A DNA stretch of 34,977 bases from assembly GCA_025936595.1 (NCBI GenBank), contig JAICTB010000001.1:1-34977 (forward strand), read 5' to 3'. Each line of letters begins with the position of its first letter. Positions within the stretch are counted from its first letter, which is position 1. Shown here one piece after another: positions 33,641-34,977 of this stretch. The notes beneath the pieces were generated by a model that was not told the DNA's origin, did not search any database, and saw nothing but the letters and a program-made list of their open reading frames with translations. Source of the stretch: Thermoleophilia bacterium (GTDB taxonomy: Bacteria > Actinomycetota > Thermoleophilia > Gaiellales > Gaiellaceae). Made by a program: the position numbers and the translations under genes.

Positions 33641-34317
33641 AGCTGCACCGAGTCGCCGGGCTCGATCCGCTCGACCTGCGCCTGGGTCAGCTCGGCGAGC
33701 CGCTCCGGCGTTCCCGTGAGGAGCGGGAAGGTTCCCCAGTGGCAGGGCACGCAACGCGGGTGGCCGAGCAGCTCGAGCGCCAGTGCGGCTTCCTCCGGGC
33801 CCATCGTGTAGTGGTCGCCGATCGGCAGCACCGCGACGTCCGGCTTGTACAGGCGCGCGATCAGCGCCATGTCGCCGAAGACGCAGGTGTCCCCCGCGAA
33901 GTAGATCGACTTGCCGTCGGCGCGGACGACCATGCCTGCCGCGTCGCCGCCGTACGAGCCGTCGGGGGCCGAGCCGGAATGGAAGGCGTTCGTCATCGTG
34001 AACCGCACGCCCTCGACTTCGACCGTGCCGCCCTTGTTGAAGCCGATCGTCTTGTCCTCGTCGCCGCCGTTCGACCCGAGCCAGCCGGCCAGCTCGACCA
34101 TTCCGACGACGGTGCAGCCGAGCTTCTTCTGCAGCTCGGCGGCGTCGCCCGCGTGGTCGCCGTGGCCGTGCGTCACGACGATCGCGTCCGCCCGGTCGGG
34201 GTTCTTCTCGGCGTCGGGGCAGGTCGGGCCCGAGAGCCACGGGTCGACGTAGATGCGCTTGCCGCCATCGGTGTCGAGACGGAACGACGCATGTCCGAGC
34301 CAGGTGAGTGTCGCCAT
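33637..34317 (-). CDS. UPF0173-type metal-dependent hydrolase (metallo-beta-lactamase fold)
   Basis: The product starts MATLTWLGHASFRL and contains THGHGDH (the HxHxDH motif), GDTCVF and PCHWGTFP. This is the typical UPF0173/YtkL-like layout. Confidence 0.88.
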   Translation of the reverse strand: MATLTWLGHASFRLDTDGGKRIYVDPWLSGPTCPDAEKNPDRADAIVVTHGHGDHAGDAAELQKKLGCTVVGMVELAGWLGSNGGDEDKTIGFNKGGTVEVEGVRFTMTNAFHSGSAPDGSYGGDAAGMVVRADGKSIYFAGDTCVFGDMALIARLYKPDVAVLPIGDHYTMGPEEAALALELLGHPRCVPCHWGTFPLLTGTPERLAELTQAQVERIEPGDSVQL

Positions 34318-34388
34318 CGAAATCCTTTCGCTCGAGTGCCGACGCGAGCATAGAAGGACCGTCCGAGCCGAGAGAGAAGCTACGGGCG

Positions 34389-34763
34389 ATGGGTCGTCGC
34401 GTCCTCGCTGCTCTGCTCACGGTCGCCGCGGGGTTCGCCGACGCGCACGGCGCGCACGGTCTTGCGTTCGATGCGCTGCTCGGCGCGATCCCCTTCGCGG
34501 CGGTGTCGTCGCTGGTGGCCTTCGGCGCGTACCTCGATCGCCGCGAGGACACGGTCGCCGGCCTGCAGGCGCTCCTGTGGACACTGTCGCTCGCGCTCCT
34601 CGTCCTGTCGTGCGCCGCGCGCTCGCCGGCGACGGAGGTGCAGACGCTCCCGCCGCTCGGCTGGTCGGCGCTCGTCGCCTGTCTCGGCGTCTTCGCGATC
34701 AAGGCCTGCGTCGGCGCCGCGCCCTTCCTCCGCCGCCTGGCGCTGCATCCCGCAAAGCCCTGA
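34389..34763 (+). CDS. Small hypothetical membrane protein (about 4 hydrophobic segments)
   Basis: The 124-aa product starts at the ATG at 34389 (MGRRVLAALLTVAAGF). Codon third positions are GC-rich. It is divergent from the MBL gene across a 71-nt spacer. Confidence 0.5.
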   Translation: MGRRVLAALLTVAAGFADAHGAHGLAFDALLGAIPFAAVSSLVAFGAYLDRREDTVAGLQALLWTLSLALLVLSCAARSPATEVQTLPPLGWSALVACLGVFAIKACVGAAPFLRRLALHPAKP

Positions 34764-34813
34764 GCCGCGCCCCCGTCCGAGGCGCTATGTCCAGTCCGGA
34801 CATCACGGGGTCT

Positions 34814-34977
34814 GGAGCTCATCTCACAATGACCAGCCATGTCGCCTGGCCGCGCTGCGCGGCACGAGGCTGTGTCCTCAGTCGCCCCGATAGCTTCGGC
34901 TATCGGGGCTCCCTGCGTCCTTGCCTCGCACCGCGCAGCGCACCCAGATCAACGGGCGTCATTGTGAGACGAGCTCC
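34814..34977. repeat. 164-nt three-stem imperfect palindrome (candidate structured ncRNA with 6S-like architecture, or a MITE-like palindromic element)
   Basis: The outer arms 34814-34833 and 34958-34977 pair at 19/20. The middle arms 34846-34870 and 34923-34947 pair at 21/25. The apical stem 34884-34894 / 34899-34909 pairs at 11/11 around a TTCG loop. A 13x13 non-complementary internal loop separates the middle and apical stems. The region is non-coding. Confidence 0.6.

Noticed and set aside
34793-34800. The palindrome GTCCGGAC and surrounding weak pairing (CCCCGT 34770-34775 with ACGGGG 34805-34810) just downstream of the small membrane-protein gene.
   Set aside because: The stems are short and interrupted, and 6-8-bp GC-rich palindromes are expected by chance in this composition. 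At most this is a weak terminator, which is not enough for a feature call.
33641-34840. The upstream 400 codons of the 488-aa ORF 33374..34840.
   Set aside because: This part runs out of frame through the UPF0173 MBL hydrolase gene and antisense to the membrane-protein gene, and it encodes Arg/Ala/Pro-rich low-complexity sequence. Only the last 88 codons (33374..33640), which fill the gap between two real genes, were kept, and those at low confidence.
34786-34893. A 36-codon ATG ORF (MSSPDHHGVWSSSHNDQPCRLAALRGTRLCPQSPR) running through the left half of the terminal hairpin.
   Set aside because: Third-codon positions lack the strong G/C bias of every credible gene in the window, and there is no Shine-Dalgarno. 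The ORF is explained by the palindromic element itself.
34814-34977. Interpreting the terminal hairpin as a retron msr/msd, an SRP (4.5S) RNA, a c-di-AMP (ydaO) riboswitch or an intrinsic terminator.
   Set aside because: For a retron, the inverted repeats enclose one continuous hairpin with no separate msr stem-loops, and no RT gene is visible. For SRP RNA, the conserved GGAA-capped domain IV motifs are absent. For ydaO, I did not recognise its conserved motifs and could not run a covariance-model search. For a terminator, 164 nt with a large symmetric bubble is far too long, and no U-tract is present.
1-34977. A search for CRISPR arrays, tandem repeats, IS elements or transposases, toxin-antitoxin pairs and known defence genes.
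   Set aside because: I saw no regularly spaced direct repeats, no transposase, integrase or recombinase motifs in any frame, and no small paired ORFs in the very short intergenic gaps. My repeat search was by eye, so short dispersed repeats could have been missed.

Overview
This is a very GC-rich, tightly packed bacterial chromosomal window. Codon usage, frequent GTG/TTG starts and ATGA/GTGA/TTGA stop-start overlaps suggest a high-GC Actinomycetota-like genome, possibly Thermoleophilia or Rubrobacteria; that placement is inference only. I can support about 40 CDSs and one tRNA. I saw no rRNA, CRISPR array, transposase, integrase or prophage genes.

Content is mostly housekeeping, organised in long same-strand arrays:
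- 1-6046 (+): hemX-like, hemA, hemC, hemD, then a SAM-turnover module (DUF62 SAM hydrolase, methyltransferase, tRNA-Phe, ahcY).
- 6047-7348: an orphan receiver-domain regulator divergent from arginase.
- 7345-13119 (-): a lipoprotein, a 1320-aa secreted BNR/Asp-box protein and rarA.
- 13129-23172 (+): methyltransferase, M20 hydrolase, pabB, pabC, DUF1385, pncB, pncA, a short FtsH paralogue, methylmalonyl-CoA epimerase, DUF3107, an ECF sigma factor and ychF.
- 23245-25577 (-): EamA transporter, OB/HD nuclease-like protein and a winged-helix protein.
- 25596-31212 (+): DUF1015, IMPase, DUF72, mrp, HAD-IB, Ldh2-like and a membrane protein.
- 31209-34317 (-): an operon made entirely of poorly characterised families (UPF0173 MBL hydrolase, small ORF, DUF1028, two tandem cupin-TPR paralogues).

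The most unusual signals are:
1. A 164-nt three-stem imperfect palindrome with a non-complementary 13x13 bubble and a TTCG-capped apex, lying in the only sizeable non-coding stretch and ending exactly at the window edge (34814-34977). It could be a 6S-like structured RNA or a MITE-like element.
2. A tRNA-Phe embedded in an operon, with its discriminator base directly abutting the best ahcY start codon.
3. A 36-nt AT-rich rare-codon island containing a perfect 15-bp palindrome inside pabB.
4. The uncharacterised MBL / DUF1028 / cupin-TPR operon.

All family assignments come from reading the translated ORFs by eye. No database search was run.
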